Shown: one piece after another, positions 1 through 13,876 of the stretch
Layout: every line of letters begins with the position of its first letter
Numbering within the stretch: position 1 is the first letter of the stretch
Assembly: GCF_003918875.1 (NCBI RefSeq)
Contig: NW_025767390.1
Coordinates: forward strand, 682,001-746,000
DNA: 64,000 nt
Reading direction: 5' to 3'
Source: Haliotis rubra
Taxonomy: Eukaryota
Translations under genes and position numbers: made by a program
Notes under the pieces: generated by a model
The model's input: the letters and a program-made list of their open reading frames with translations, nothing else
Database searches by the model: none
What the model was told of the DNA's origin: nothing

Positions 1-679
1 TCTGTCATTTAATCACACATCCATTTCTGGTGTTCCCCGCCGTGATAATCTGGGATATCGCTAAAAGCGGCGTAAAACTAAACTCACTCACTAATCACAT
101 ATTCAGTATATTAGGTCACAGATTAAATAGCATATTCTGTCAAGAGTTCGATCACATGTTTTTGCACACATTCCGTTAACCATTTAGACCCACATTCAGT
201 CAACCATATAGCATTTAGAGACAGCAAATACCGCTGATGAAGAGGTCGGTGATAAACTGATAAATAGGATGAAGTAATGACTCGGCAAGTATACGCCGTA
301 TCTATTTATACCGAGTGACTGATCGACATTCATATCATTCTAGGAAAGGTATAAGCGTTAAGTGTGTTATATTATGTTTCTAGGAGTTCGTTTATCATTG
401 TAAACCACGAGCACCTCGCCCTCCATATGACGTCAGGTATTACCTTTGATACGGCGTTATATGTCTTTGGACTTTGTTTTATTCATACATACACGCGTGC
501 ATCCATCAATCCATCCACCCATGCATGCATACATACATATATGTATGGATGCATGCATACATACGTACACTCATTCATACATACACTCATACATAATACA
601 TGTTCATACATACACGCACGCACGCACGCACATCCATCCATCCATGCATACACATCAATCCATCCATACTCTCACACAT

Positions 680-879
680 NNNNNNNNNNNNNNNNNNNNN
701 NNNNNNNNNNNNNNNNNNNNNNNNNNNNNNNNNNNNNNNNNNNNNNNNNNNNNNNNNNNNNNNNNNNNNNNNNNNNNNNNNNNNNNNNNNNNNNNNNNNN
801 NNNNNNNNNNNNNNNNNNNNNNNNNNNNNNNNNNNNNNNNNNNNNNNNNNNNNNNNNNNNNNNNNNNNNNNNNNNNNNN
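680..879. other. Assembly gap (200 N)
   Basis: N run flanked by microsatellites. Confidence 1.
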
Positions 880-896
880 CTCTTTATCAGATTTTT

Positions 897-935
<39 letters not shown>

Positions 936-2251
936 TTATAATATAAACAATACATGTATTTATCAGTCCAACCTACATAGACTATCGACGCTGCATGCAT
1001 TAAATGTCTACTGACGTAGTAAATGAAAAAGCACTGAAGTTGCTTATCGTCCCTTTGAAAACGTGTCATCACGGTGTTGTGTTTTGTTGTGGGGTGAAAG
1101 GCCGGGGTAAGGCAGGGCGTAGACCTGTACCACTTTGGTATGACTCTGACAAACACACAACATATAATCAGGGCGATTCAGGAATTTCATATACAGTCAT
1201 AGGTTCCGTGCACGCCAAAGGGACACAACTCTCCGCTTTTTTACTGGACATTTTTTTCTACACTTTTTGAAGTCGTTGTATGGTCATTATAGTTCAGCCC
1301 CGTTAAACCGGACAGTGCCCCTCCATTATAGCTCTTCATAAACTATTCTAAGATATATGCTTCATTTATGAATTTCTGTCGTCACGATATGAGTGGAATA
1401 TTGCCAATGTGACGTACAATTTTAACTCACTCACACACTCTAATCAACACGGTCGGATTAACGCCTCTTTTGTGAAGACCATTCTAACAGATATCATTAT
1501 AAGGTTACGGTGTCTAGTATAGCGTATACCGCCAGTGTAATGTTATCTCATGTGAGATCGATAAGAATTTACCGATTACACAGTTTACTTTCTTCAATAA
1601 GCTACTGCGACCAAAGTGAACACGACAATCCTGGAACGAATATCAACAAGTTACTTCGTGTCGAAGCAAATCCACATAAGATCTATTCTTACTTTGTTTA
1701 TTTTTAACTCCCACTCAACAATATGACGGCGTACTGTAGATAATGGAGTCCGGACATCGCCACCAACAGGTCACATGCTGCCTCCATCAGGTCCTTGACA
1801 AGCTTGTGAAATATTTTGAATTATATTAAATGCCGAACGACTGATCGTCTATATTACGTGTATAAAATGATATGTATATGTATTCATGTATATGATTTTA
1901 TTTGTCGACGAGTAAGTCCAAAATAAAAAATCTGGGTGTCTTCCTGTTTATCAAGCGTTAAGCGAGTAGAAATATATGTATCATTTAGTCAACATCGACT
2001 CTGCGCTACTCGAGAATTATCTTTTGTGAATGTTCTCGGTCGCTAAACAATGAAGTATGGCCACCCAACACTGCGTTCTTTAATGCATGTAGTGCAACAA
2101 CATATGCCAAGGTTATGGATATACAACGTCAAGGTCTATCTCTCAAAGGAGGGAGAAGGGTATAAATACACTACTGTACATAATAAACATCCCCTCGGTC
2201 GTTCATAGGTCATGATTTTGTTATAGCAAGTATTGTATATTTCTTTAATAG

Positions 2252-2411
2252 TGTGAGAGACTTTAGTTTTACGCCGCTTTTAGCAATATTCCAGCAATAT
2301 CACGGTGGGGGACACCAGAAATGGTCTTCACACATTTTACCCATGTGGGAATCGAACCCGGGTCTTAAGCATGACGAGCGGAAGCTTTAACTTTAGACTA
2401 CGACACGCCCC
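2252..2411 (-). mobile_element. SINE family A copy
   Basis: Reverse-complement match to 11679-11845. Confidence 0.85.
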
Positions 2412-2499
2412 TACAGAAGAATTGTATAAATACACTACTATTCAAAATAAACATCTCCTCGGTCGCTGATCGGTCGTGACCGAGGTGATTGTGTTTTAG

Positions 2500-2703
2500 A
2501 CGCGTGAAGATCCGGGTTAGAATTGATCTTCAGTAACCCATGCTTGTTGTAAGAGGCGACTAACGTGATCGGGTGGTCAGGCTCGCTGCATCCCAATTCC
2601 GTAGAACGATGCTCATGCTGTTGATCACCGAGTGTCTGGTCCAGACTGGATTATTTACAGCGCGCCGCCATAGAACTGGAATATTACTGAGAGCGGCGTA
2701 AAC
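2500..2703 (+). mobile_element. Family B copy
   Basis: Sequence match. Confidence 0.85.
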
Positions 2704-3320
2704 GTGAGCATGCACCTTGTGGATCGATACAGCGCTTTAAATATACTCATTATTATTATCAAAAGTAAACTTACTCATTTTAACCAGTATTGTACATTTC
2801 CCCTTTAATAAATCATGCTGTATGTTATACAAAACATACGAACACACCTACTTAGTGACGCATGCAATTACACAGACACTTCCTGATATGCATCCGGGTT
2901 TTCTCTTGTTACAAGTAGCTGTTAAAGTGTTAAAAGCGTTAATATCATATGCCAGTCTGCACACGTGACCCGACATGAAATGTACATGCTATGCACAACG
3001 TTTGTTGCAAGAGAAGGCTACGCCTGTCCTGGTATAACCTTTTCAAACTATGAAATAAACATATATTTTTAGCATGGCTATATCCGCATGACTTCCTCTT
3101 AAAGAAGGAAGTAAAGACGCGTTAATACTGTCAGTCTTGTTTGCAATGAAAGGATTAGTGATATCGATAATATAGAAAGGGTACGGTGTTATCTACATTA
3201 TACACGATAGCATGATTATATATATATCTTGATCTATCATCGCATGAGTAAATCCACGATGAATGGTGACTATTATAATAGAATGTAATAATAATACCCC
3301 GGTCAGTCGTGGGGAGTTTA

Positions 3321-3702
3321 GGTCGGTTGGGTAGCCTAGTGGTTAAAGCGTTCGCTCGTCACGCTTAAAACCCGGGTTCGATACCCCACATGGGTAACTG
3401 TTAACTGAAAATAACCCAAAAATATTAAATGCATTTGTACTGTAATTAGGACCATGTATTTTAGACGTCAATTGTTTCTGTGATTTTATGATAGTGTCTC
3501 ATAAGCCGAAAAATGGCTGGTTGTTAAGATCTTTTACTTATGCTATAATAATGATTTTATATTGTATTCTTAACTTGTGACACTTTAATAAATTTCTATT
3601 TCTGTCTGTCTGTCTGTCTGTCTACAATGTGTAAAGCCAATTTCTGGTTCCCCCGCCGTGATATTGCTGGGATGTTGCTAAAAACTAAACTCACACACAC
3701 TC
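3321..3702 (+). mobile_element. SINE family A interrupted by a 226-bp insert (3397-3622)
   Basis: Head ends CATGGGTA and resumes TACAATGTG. Confidence 0.85.
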
Positions 3703-5687
3703 TTATTGTAGGTTTGAATTAGAAATAGGAAGTCATCCACTGCTTATCAGACTCTTATTCTTTATTTACGTTTATCTTTACAGACAATCGGTAGTAAATA
3801 CAAACACGAAAATTGGTACAGGTGGATGGCTAGACATTGATTATAATGGAGAATGTGCAGAAAATTAACTATTATTTAGCAATCATTTCATTTCTGAGAC
3901 AGCAGGCTTTACACAAATATTTACCAGGTCAGGCTCGCTGAGTATGTTTTAAGCATGGTTCAGTGGATCTGTGAAGCTCCAGGTTAGAATTGGTTTTCAG
4001 GTGGCTAACAGGTGGCCACACTCAGTTGAATATAGAAACATTCAACACGTACAAGGAAATGGGTAATTTTTCATTTATCCGGGTCTCATTTGAAACAGTA
4101 CCGTCTGGATTAATGGGATTTTTTTGTACATAACTGTCATTGTTGGTTGTTTGGGTGAGTGAGTGAGTGAGTGATGTGGTAGGCAACCACGAGGTGTCGG
4201 TGAAAACCCAAGATACGGGTTCCGTGCTGCCAGTCCTAGAAAGATACCCATCGCCAATTTGGGATTGGAACCCACGATCGAGCATTTCAGCGCCTGCATG
4301 TACAATAAACCCCGGCGATATAGATCACACCGTTTGGTCACTTTATCACACGGTAGATAGGCGTGACGCTTATTGCCTACACGTTGTAAATATGTCAATA
4401 TCACCTGGTTATTGTATGTCAGCTTGGAGTGTATTGACCATGATAGCCGCATGGAGCAAATAACGACACCCATTGCACATTCGTTATTGTACATTGCAGG
4501 CACGCCCTGGCATGTCCCGCCATTCCCTGTAATGTCCTCCTGTATATAGTGTGTTGATAACATTCCTACTGTACTTACATATCTATATTTGATTGGGGGA
4601 TGGGTGTTTACCACGAATTTGAGCCGATAAATATGCCGATCACCAACAAGTAGTATTCGTTCGTATGCCGTTCTGTTATGTATTCAGATTTAAACAAAGA
4701 CTGAACAAACAGTGACAGATACACATAAACACTCACACACAAACATGATACTCTTTCACACACTCACACACATACATACATGCTCTCACACACATACACA
4801 CAAACATACATACTCTCACACACACGTGCATAAAATACATACCCTCACACACACTCACGCATTAACATACACACACACGTTCACACACAAGCATACATAC
4901 TCACACAAACATACATATTCACACTCACACACGCACACAAAGTAAGCAACAACAATAATAGACAGTAAATACGTAATATATGTTAAATTACAGTTATTTA
5001 GGCATGACCTGTACTGTCATGAGCTTGTAAAAGGCCTGATGGAGAACCTTCTGACCCGTTCCTCTTGCTTATGAACCATTGATCCAGACACATCATCATC
5101 ATAATCATAATCATCATCATCATCATAAATGCTTGGTATGTACGATGAAACCGCGAAGCCATAATTAAAGTTTTATAAACAGGATATGATATCGTAGTAA
5201 GCAAGGAAAGAGCAAAATAAGGTTGTAAAATGGCGACGGTTTCGATAGCATATGATTTCCTCGTCAAAGTGTGTGTTTCAATAACCCAGTTTCCACCGCG
5301 CAAACTAGCCAACACGATAAACACAATGACTAAAACATATTAAAACAAACAGCCATTTATCCATGGCGACTAAAACGAGGAGATATCTGGTCGAAAACCA
5401 CAAGGGTCCACCCAATCTGCTTGTTCTATGGTTTCGGTAATATTCATGTCAAACAGAAGAAACTTTATTTTAAGATATTCGGTACAGCAAATATAAAACA
5501 GGGCGCGGAATGGGTGGGGTGGGTACAGGGCCGTAGAGTGCAGTAATATGTACGAGTCAGACCCCTTGAGTAAACATTAATTATAAACAATCAATACACC
5601 GCCTAACTACTTCTACCCCGCCCCACCCAATCCCACCCTCATTCCATTGTCCACTTCTCACAGGGGCGTTGGGTGGGGGTGGGGGGC

Positions 5688-5720
<33 letters not shown>

Positions 5721-6175
5721 TAGCCTCCCCACTTTCTTCAAGACGAAACCATATCTACCTGACCATAACTACAATTTCATTTTGATTTAAAATACTTTTC
5801 ATGAATTAGCCCGCCCACTCTGAAAACTCTGTCTCAGCTCTATTAGATTAACACTTAGTCTCTGAATATACTGAAACAAATAATTCCTTATAAATTTGAT
5901 AAGACCCAATTGGATAGGCGGAACCCCTCCTGAACCCGAGGAAATCTGGACTTGTTCATTTATGGCTTTGAACAGCACTGCAGAAAGGGTTGTTTGAAAT
6001 AATGCGGTTCAGGGCCTGTGAGACAAACTACAGCTCCACCATATCGATAGACTAACGCTCAGTCTCTGAATATACATCTATATAATATTGTAAGCCCATT
6101 TTAATTGAATAAGAGCTCCAGAAACTGGCGAAATTTTAGGGCTTGATCATTTAGGGCTTTAGCATTGCAGGGAGG

Positions 6176-6570
6176 ACTACAGTAGGCTGTAGGGACAATA
6201 ATATGATTCAGGAACTGTGAGACAGACTAATACCAGACTACAGTAGGCCGTAGGGACAATAATATGGTTCAGGGAACTGTGAGACAGACTAATACCAGAC
6301 TACAGTAGGCTGTAGGGAAAATAATATGGTTCAGGAACTGTGAGACAGACTAATACCAGACTACAGTAGGGAAAATAATATGGTTCAGGGACTGTGAGAC
6401 AGACTAATACCAGACTACAGTAGGGTAAATAATATGGTTCAGGGACTGTGAGACAGACTAATACCAGACTACAGTAGGGAAAATAATGTTGTTCAGGGAC
6501 TGTGAGACAGACTAATACCAGACTACAGTAGGGAAAATAATATGGTTCAGGAACTGTGAGACAGACTACA
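6176..6570. repeat. 55-64-bp tandem repeat, ~7 units, made from a transposon terminus
   Basis: CAGTAGGGAAAATAATATGGTTCAGGGACTGTGAGACAGACTAATACCAGACTA. Confidence 0.9.
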
Positions 6571-7474
6571 AGCCCTTACTCATGACAATTTTTCAGCTCT
6601 GAATTGAGACACATTGATCCTCTAACGTAGCTATATTTCGGGCACGTGTGTGTGTGTTGCATGTGCAGTGCGTTAGGTTCAGATGGCTGAGTTCACATGG
6701 CGTCAGTAAGGTACGGGAAAAGTATGGAACATTTCCTCACATCCATCACACTGCCAGATCTCATTTTTTTAAATGTAGTGATATTTCGTTTCAAAATGTC
6801 TTTCGTGACTCGCTGTAACTTGGCAACGTTGTTTAATCTTTGGTCTTATCAAAGCTAATGCGTCGTTAGCGAGGACCATTTTGATCCTGTGACTTTGATA
6901 GTATTTTATTCTGTACGCTGACGACAGAAATAGTTGGGTTTTTTGTACGCTGACGACAGAAACAGTATTTAATTGTGTATAAATGTGTGGTATATCTGAA
7001 ACATGTCGGAAACGCGATATCCTGTTTCTCTATAAATTGTTAAATTAAGTTTTAAATCCCGCACCTCGATACCAAAGCAGGGTATTACCTTAGGGCTATG
7101 TATGCTTGTCTTAAGAAACGTCTTGTGCAGATTACGTGGTAACAGTATGGAACCTGACCCTGGGTCATCGTGACCCGAAGCCGAAGTCTTTGCTCATGAT
7201 GTTAACCTCCGGTACATGTTGTCTCGGAAGAAAATCTATTACTTAAATTATTTTGGTCTATGGCATGGTATTAACAGCGTGGATAAAAGACTATTTGTTA
7301 GCTTATTTTGGTCTTTTACAAACAATTAAACATGTATATGAAAATCTATTATTTGACCTGTTTGGGTCTAATATGTAAATGTATTTGTTTACCTATTTTG
7401 GTCTAATACATAGTATTAACAATGTATATAAAAATCTACAATTTCACCTGTTTTTGTCTAACATGTACCTGTTT

Positions 7475-7936
7475 TGTTAGAAACATCCGAGTGTGGAGGC
7501 GTATCACCTGTTCTGCAGCAGCAACAAACAGACGCGGGTTTAATCAGTCTGTCAAACTAACCTGCGCATAGAGGAATCACCTGTTCTGCTTCATCCACAG
7601 CTCTGACACAGTACATCAACAGAGCATCAGCCTTTCCTCCAAGGGAGCAGTTGGCTACATCCCGTGGCTTTAATTCACAGACAGACGCAAAGGTTAATTG
7701 ACCTCGTACGATGTGGTCTGTTACTGACTAAGAGTGGTCACCTTATGAACTTTGACAGAGGTTGTGAATCGGGTTGATTTGGGTTAAGCGGTGTTGCTAT
7801 TTTCGTTGTTTGTTTGCCATTATCTCTGGGTGTGTTTAAACAGAGGTTTCGTCACCGTCTGGACTGAGTCATTTTGGTATACAGTGAATAAAGTGGATGT
7901 ATATGTGATAGAACCACTTTGTTTCTTGTTGTAACA
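7475..7936 (+). mobile_element. Possible solo LTR
   Basis: TGTTA..TAACA ends, AATAAA near the 3' end, GC-richer than flanks; no clear TSD. Confidence 0.4.
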
Positions 7937-8035
7937 CTGACTTGACGAAACACTATTTGATAAGATAAAACATTTCGGTTTACATGCAGTACTTAAAAAA
8001 CTATTTAATTGAATTGGGTTTGGCGTAGAGTAGTG

Positions 8036-8180
8036 AGTGAGTGAGTGAGTTGGGTTTTACGCCGCTTTTATCAATATTCCAGCAATATCACGACGGGGGG
8101 ACACAATAAATGGGCTTCACACATTGCGCCCATGTCGGGATTCGAAGCCGACGCTTTAACCATTAAGCTACCCCACCGTT
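8036..8180 (-). mobile_element. SINE family A copy
   Basis: Sequence match with internal deletion. Confidence 0.8.
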
Positions 8181-8229
8181 CCATGGCTTAGACTAACTTT
8201 TAGTCTCTGAATATATATAATTTTGATAG

Positions 8230-8469
8230 TAGTGAGTTTAGTTTTACGCCGCACTAAGCAATATTCCAGCTACATGGCGGCGGTCTGTAAATAATCGAGT
8301 CTGGACCAGACAATCCAGTGATCAACAGCATGATCATGATCTGCGCAATTGGGAACCGATGACATGTGTCAACCAAGTCAGCGAGCCTGACCACCCGATC
8401 CCGTTTGTCGCCTTTTACGACAAGCATGGGTTACTGAAGATCAATATTCTAACCCGGACCTTCACGGGT
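8230..8469 (-). mobile_element. Family B copy inserted in an Academ-like element
   Basis: Sequence match; TTGATAGTA duplicated on both sides. Confidence 0.88.
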
Positions 8470-9345
8470 AAATGTTGATAGTAAGAAATAATACCATTGA
8501 AGTTGAGAAGGAGCCATAGTGTGATATGAGATTCAGAACTAGACTTGCGTCATATAGGGCTTTAGCATTGCAAGGTTGTCTATATAGTCTGTCATAAAGA
8601 CCCTGAAACAAGCATGTCTAAGAAAGCCCATGCAAGTCTAGAATGTGTGGCAAGTCTAGATTTCCACAGGTTCAGGAAATTTCTGAAAATGAAGAAAGTC
8701 TATGGGCTCCTTTTTCATTATATTCTATGGTTATTTTCATGAACAGTCTTTTTGTGAAATATGTTCATTTCAGAGACTAGATTTTAGTCTAGGAGGGCTG
8801 GGCAGTAGGGAAAATAATGAGGTTCAGGGACTGTGAGACAGTCTTGGTCTGGCTTGGAGTAGGTAGCTGTACAACATGTCCATTAAGGGTGGTTATATAG
8901 ATTTGTTTTGAAAACCAAACCTGAAAATGCTCTTATCGCGCAGCTGATTAAAGCGAGTGTGTAGAGTTGCATGTCGAAGTTCGTTTAAATGATAAAGCAA
9001 TTTTTATTCCAACCATGTAAACAAGTAAGAATGAAGAATCGAACAAGGGAGTTCAATGTAATTAGGGAAGGATTAAACCACTAAGCTATGCCGTGGACCC
9101 CAGTTGGAATGCTCCACGTGGTTGAAGTTTGACGCTAATTTCTCGCCTACCCCGCCGTGTTGGACTATTGCCAAAGGCGGTGTAAAAGCCTACTCACTCA
9201 CTCTACACTTAATGAAACATAAGTCATTTTACAGAGTGATTTTGTTAGATCAAATCAGATGTGACAATTTGTTATAACGCGAGTTGTTACTGGTCCCTTA
9301 AGGAATATAAGGCAAAGATATTACAAGTTGTTATATCGAACGAGG

Positions 9346-9676
9346 GAAGATGGTGTAACCTAGTGGTTGTCACGCCGAAGACTGACTGACTGAGTTTGGT
9401 TTTACGCCGCTTTTAGCAATATTCCAGCAACATCACGGCGGGGGACACCAGAAATGGTCTTCACACATTGTGACCATGAGGGGATTCGAACCCGGGTCTG
9501 CGGCGTGACGAGCCAACGCTTTAACCATTAGGCTACCCCACCGCCCCGTCACGCCGAAGACCCGGGTTCGATTCCACACATGGGTACAATGTGTGAAGCC
9601 CATTTCTGGTGTCCCCCGCCGTGATATTGCGGGAATATTGCTAAAAGCGGCGTAAAACTGAACTCAATCACTCACT
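9346..9676. mobile_element. Nested SINE A (-) 9383-9547 inside SINE A (+)
   Basis: TSD GTCACGCCGAAGAC at 9369-9382 and 9548-9561. Confidence 0.9.
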
Positions 9677-10779
9677 ATAAGGAAAGACTCTGAGATTGTA
9701 TGCAGTAACGGTCTTATAACATAAAATAGTAAGAAGAAACTGAGGATCCGGTTCTATGAGAGGTATTGTGGACGAGATCGTGATAGTTCTTATGACTGTT
9801 TTGCTGCATATAGAGATAAAACTGACATCAAGCCAAATCAGACTTGATCGTGTCTGTGTGATCTATTCTGGTACCTGTTCCTTTAGGTGCCATGGTAACA
9901 TGCAACAGAGGCTGGTGAGTCCCCTCTCCCCTTCGTATCCATCATACACTGATTTCTGAACATCTGCATGTGAGTTTCATTTCTGTTACCATGACAATAT
10001 TCAAATATAAACACGATCGTAGAAAAATACTTCTATTAATGATAAAACATTTTGGAATAAGGAACGATTATACTTAATGAATTCATCATATAAGTCACAC
10101 TATTGTTTTTAATTAAAGGAGATGCTACATGGCTCGAGATAATCAATAACGGATGAAGATGTGTAAATTATTGACTAACATCGGGCTACAGACAACTTCA
10201 TCTATACACTTTCAGTTCAAATTCCAAACAGAAATGACGGACGCTTTATCTACCATATGTCTCTCAAAATTACTTATCTATAACTTATTTCAGATGGATA
10301 ATTTCGAAATAAAAGCGTAACCTATAGTTACAGATAAGAAAGGAGCATGTTCTTGTATATAATATATGCCCTGAAGTGTTATATAAACCACATTATCCAT
10401 CGTGTATACATCACAATTCATGGTGAATTTAGACCTGTAGCTACACCAATGTCATGTGTTAATAATGAACAAAAATGCTCCATGATACAAATTCGACATT
10501 TCCACAAAAATAATTGTCAGCTCCAGATAAGAATGAATGTAAATGTTTTGCACGCGGGTGAAAGTTTAGTTGGTGGTTTCCGGTCGTGGATCGCTACAAT
10601 GTGTAGCCTCAATAACCTTCTTTCTTCAAACTCGAGAACATGTGTGGTTCCACAGATTCCCGCCTTCTTTCTCGGTGGCCTTGGAACGGTGCCAGAGTTT
10701 GGCAGTAACGTCGTAGGCTCTCCAAGACTGTGGAGCAAGATGTGTAATAGGTGCAGAAGTGTGCATTGTGAAATAAATA

Positions 10780-11374
10780 TACACAAAAAACTTAATTAAG
10801 CACCCCCTGTATGTTTGCAGTATGTTTTCAACACGTACATAAAACTTCTCGTGGTGACCACGATGGAAAAACATGAGTTTTTCTGACCTGTATGATCCTT
10901 TTATTCATAAACAAAACTTGGAATCCATGTTGATTTTATGATGATAATTGCTCAGTTTGAAAAACACCTGATTTTCATACAAAACCATGTATGTACAAAT
11001 ATGGCCATGAAGTGTGTAATGTTGAATTTATTGGTGAATGTGAATATTCAAAATGTCATTTTGCGTGTCTTACACGATTCATGGTCAATAGGGAGTGTAA
11101 CGTCCATGTGACCGTATGACAGCCAGTACTCTCCTCCTCATACCCCCTGTCAGCCTCCTGATCCTCTGAAGGGGCAGCCAACTTCCAATTGGGCAGGTTC
11201 TGTACAGGAGGATCCCTTTGTTGCACACGACGACCAATCATGTCCCAGCTATGTTCCAAAGGCATAGGTATCAGAATCTGCAAAGTTGTGTTTTACGTTG
11301 CATGTGACTTTTAAGATCAGGGCTCATTCAGTCGTGAAATATGTCAACGGGTGCTTAACTAGGTTCTTTGTGTA
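10780..11374 (-). mobile_element. Internally deleted Tc1/mariner element
   Basis: 26-bp TIR TACACAAAAAACTTAATTAAGCACCC vs TACACAAAGAACCTAGTTAAGCACCC; transposase C-terminal remnants PLEHSWDMIGRRVQQRDPP and RIRRLTGGMRRRVLAVIRSHGRYTPY*. Confidence 0.88.
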
Positions 11375-11678
11375 TGACTGTCTATCAGCCTATCTGTAGA
11401 TATATCTATCTTGTTGTATATGGAAGCCCGTCTATCGAAGATCTCCTGCCAATTTTTATCTATTAGAATGTATCTATCTACTTGTCTATCTATCTACCTA
11501 TTACTGTGTATAGATTACTGTGCAACTCTCTATCTCTTGTCTTTCTATTCATTTAAGCGTGTATCTATCTGGCACACATACATTATATCTATCTAGCTAC
11601 GGCTAAAGATAACTTTCGATCACTGTAATATTGTTTCAAGATTCGACACATTACACCACGCTGTCTTATTATACTAGA

Positions 11679-11845
11679 GGGGCGGTGAGGTAGCCTAGTG
11701 GTTAAAGCGTTGGCTCATCACGCCGTAGACCCGGGTTCGATTCCACACATGGGTACAATGTGTGAAGCCCATTTCTGGTGTCCCCCCGCCGTGATGTTGC
11801 TGGAATATTGCTAAAAGCGGCGTAAAACCAAACTCAGTCAGTCAG
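11679..11845 (+). mobile_element. tRNA-derived SINE family A, full-length (~167 bp)
   Basis: A box TAGCCTAGTGG, B box GGTTCGATTCC, tail GCGGCGTAAAAC-(CAGT)n; 12-bp TSD TATTATACTAGA. Confidence 0.92.
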
Positions 11846-12207
11846 TATTATACTAGAACATTTAGAAAGCTGTCAAATGTAACATGTTATGTTTGTGGCT
11901 ACATTTTCTCAGTCAAATGACATAGTGCATTTATATATTTCGGCCGTGGGAGCCGTGCCAAAGCAATTTATACTTGTAAGAGGTGTACACAAAGTACATG
12001 ATCTAGACTACCAGTTGCCAGACGTCCATTTATGTGGAAGCAGCAGTGGCTGAGTGTGTAAGGTCGCTGACTTTATGTGCTGGCGATTAGATCGAGTACT
12101 CTGAGAGTGTGGGTTCGAATCGCGGATGGGACTCAACCACATAAAGCACCAGAATCTGAGATTTTGAGATTTAAGGGACCGTTTATTATTAATGGGTGGT
12201 AGGAAGG

Positions 12208-12209
<2 letters not shown>

Positions 12210-12274
<65 letters not shown>
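12210..12274. repeat. (TG)n microsatellite
   Basis: Direct reading. Confidence 0.95.
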
Positions 12275-12275
<1 letters not shown>

Positions 12276-12454
12276 TGGTGATAATATTTAAGCATAATAT
12301 TTTTATGTACAAAATTGCTCACCCCCACCCCCCAGAACATGTGTACATAATTGATACCCCACCCCCTCCTCACACACACACACACACTCACCTCTCCAGA
12401 ACAAATTGGGTGAACCCATAACCCCACAACCCAACCCCATTAAACATCACCATC

Positions 12455-12488
<34 letters not shown>

Positions 12489-12539
12489 ACCTCCAGAACA
12501 AATTGGGTGAACCCATAACCCCACCCCAACCCCTTAAAC

Positions 12540-12730
12540 NNNNNNNNNNNNNNNNNNNNNNNNNNNNNNNNNNNNNNNNNNNNNNNNNNNNNNNNNNNNN
12601 NNNNNNNNNNNNNNNNNNNNNNNNNNNNNNNNNNNNNNNNNNNNNNNNNNNNNNNNNNNNNNNNNNNNNNNNNNNNNNNNNNNNNNNNNNNNNNNNNNNN
12701 NNNNNNNNNNNNNNNNNNNNNNNNNNNNNN
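12540..12730. other. Assembly gap (191 N)
   Basis: N run. Confidence 1.
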
Positions 12731-13876
12731 CGGTCCCTAAGGAAAGTGAAATCCGCAAAATAAAGATGGTATTTGTTGTTGTCCTGCCTGGCGTTCGGCA
12801 GTAGAAGAATGGAACAACGACAGGTCTGCTTGGTTGAGTCATTAAAGTGGGCCAGTAATATAAACTGGCATTAATCCACACAAGTACACATGCACACCAT
12901 TTCACCTCACCTATATTCTGTTTCCGAAGTAGTCTGGTGGTATAAATCATCATCGGAAATCATTTTCACCTGGGGGAAATTTACCCCGAGAATATATGAC
13001 CTTTCCCACTGTCCAATATACCGGGGATATTATTAGGGCACCGTTAAAGGGGAATGTGCTGGTTCTGAGACACGATTGCGAAATCGATCTTCTTCATAAC
13101 AATAGTGGTAAGCACGACTGCAAAATCGCAAGAGCCTTGTCGGCATCATCCTCGGCTATTAGGGATACTTTTTTATTCATTAGTTACGAAATATAACGTT
13201 TGATACTGTTTCGAACCCAGATTCTTTGACACGACGCTTCAAATAGCTGTCTTGACTTGACACAATCATTAAAATCATTAAACCTGTCACAGTTACTAAA
13301 TTGATACAAATCAGGTTAAAATTACAGCATTTATATTTTGTGTTTCTCATCGCCTGACCGACCCTTCTAATTTTATTTCCGACACCCCCAAAACCCACCA
13401 ACAACAACAATGTTTATCTATCTAAAATGTTATAATCAGTTGCCGCCAAAGAAGTCCAAAGAATGCGAGAAATTGTAATAAATATTACAATTAATGAGAA
13501 TCAAGAACATTATTCGGATAATTGTGTCTTTATTAATTTTTTCCCGACCGACCGACCCATGTTCAGAATTTGGTTTCTACGTGAAACACATAAAACAACA
13601 TGATGCCCTTATGATTATTTACACACACGCACGCACGCACGTACGCACACACACGGGTGTGCTCGTCGTTTTCACCACGAAGGGCCCCAAGCGATTTAAC
13701 GAAGATCGAAGATCATAGTCATCATTCATAATATCAATCACTGGTTTTTTCCTGACCAATACTCGATGGTCACAGATGGTCGTCAGATGGCCGGACTGAT
13801 ACTGACAGCGGTGTTAGACATCGCACACAGCCCGTTCTACAAGGCTGATAATGATACTGAGGGCCGTCAAACACGA

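Noticed and set aside
364-946. His/Thr/Ile-rich ORFs (also 4712-4945, 12008-12427, 26468-26830, 29733-30032)
   Set aside because: Microsatellite and N-gap read-through.
9887-9914. 28-nt micro-exon candidate (ctttag|..|gtgagt)
   Set aside because: No partner exons could be linked and the signals occur by chance at this scale.
11679-11752. tRNA genes
   Set aside because: The tRNA-like heads continue into a common body and tail with TSDs, so they are SINEs rather than tRNA genes.
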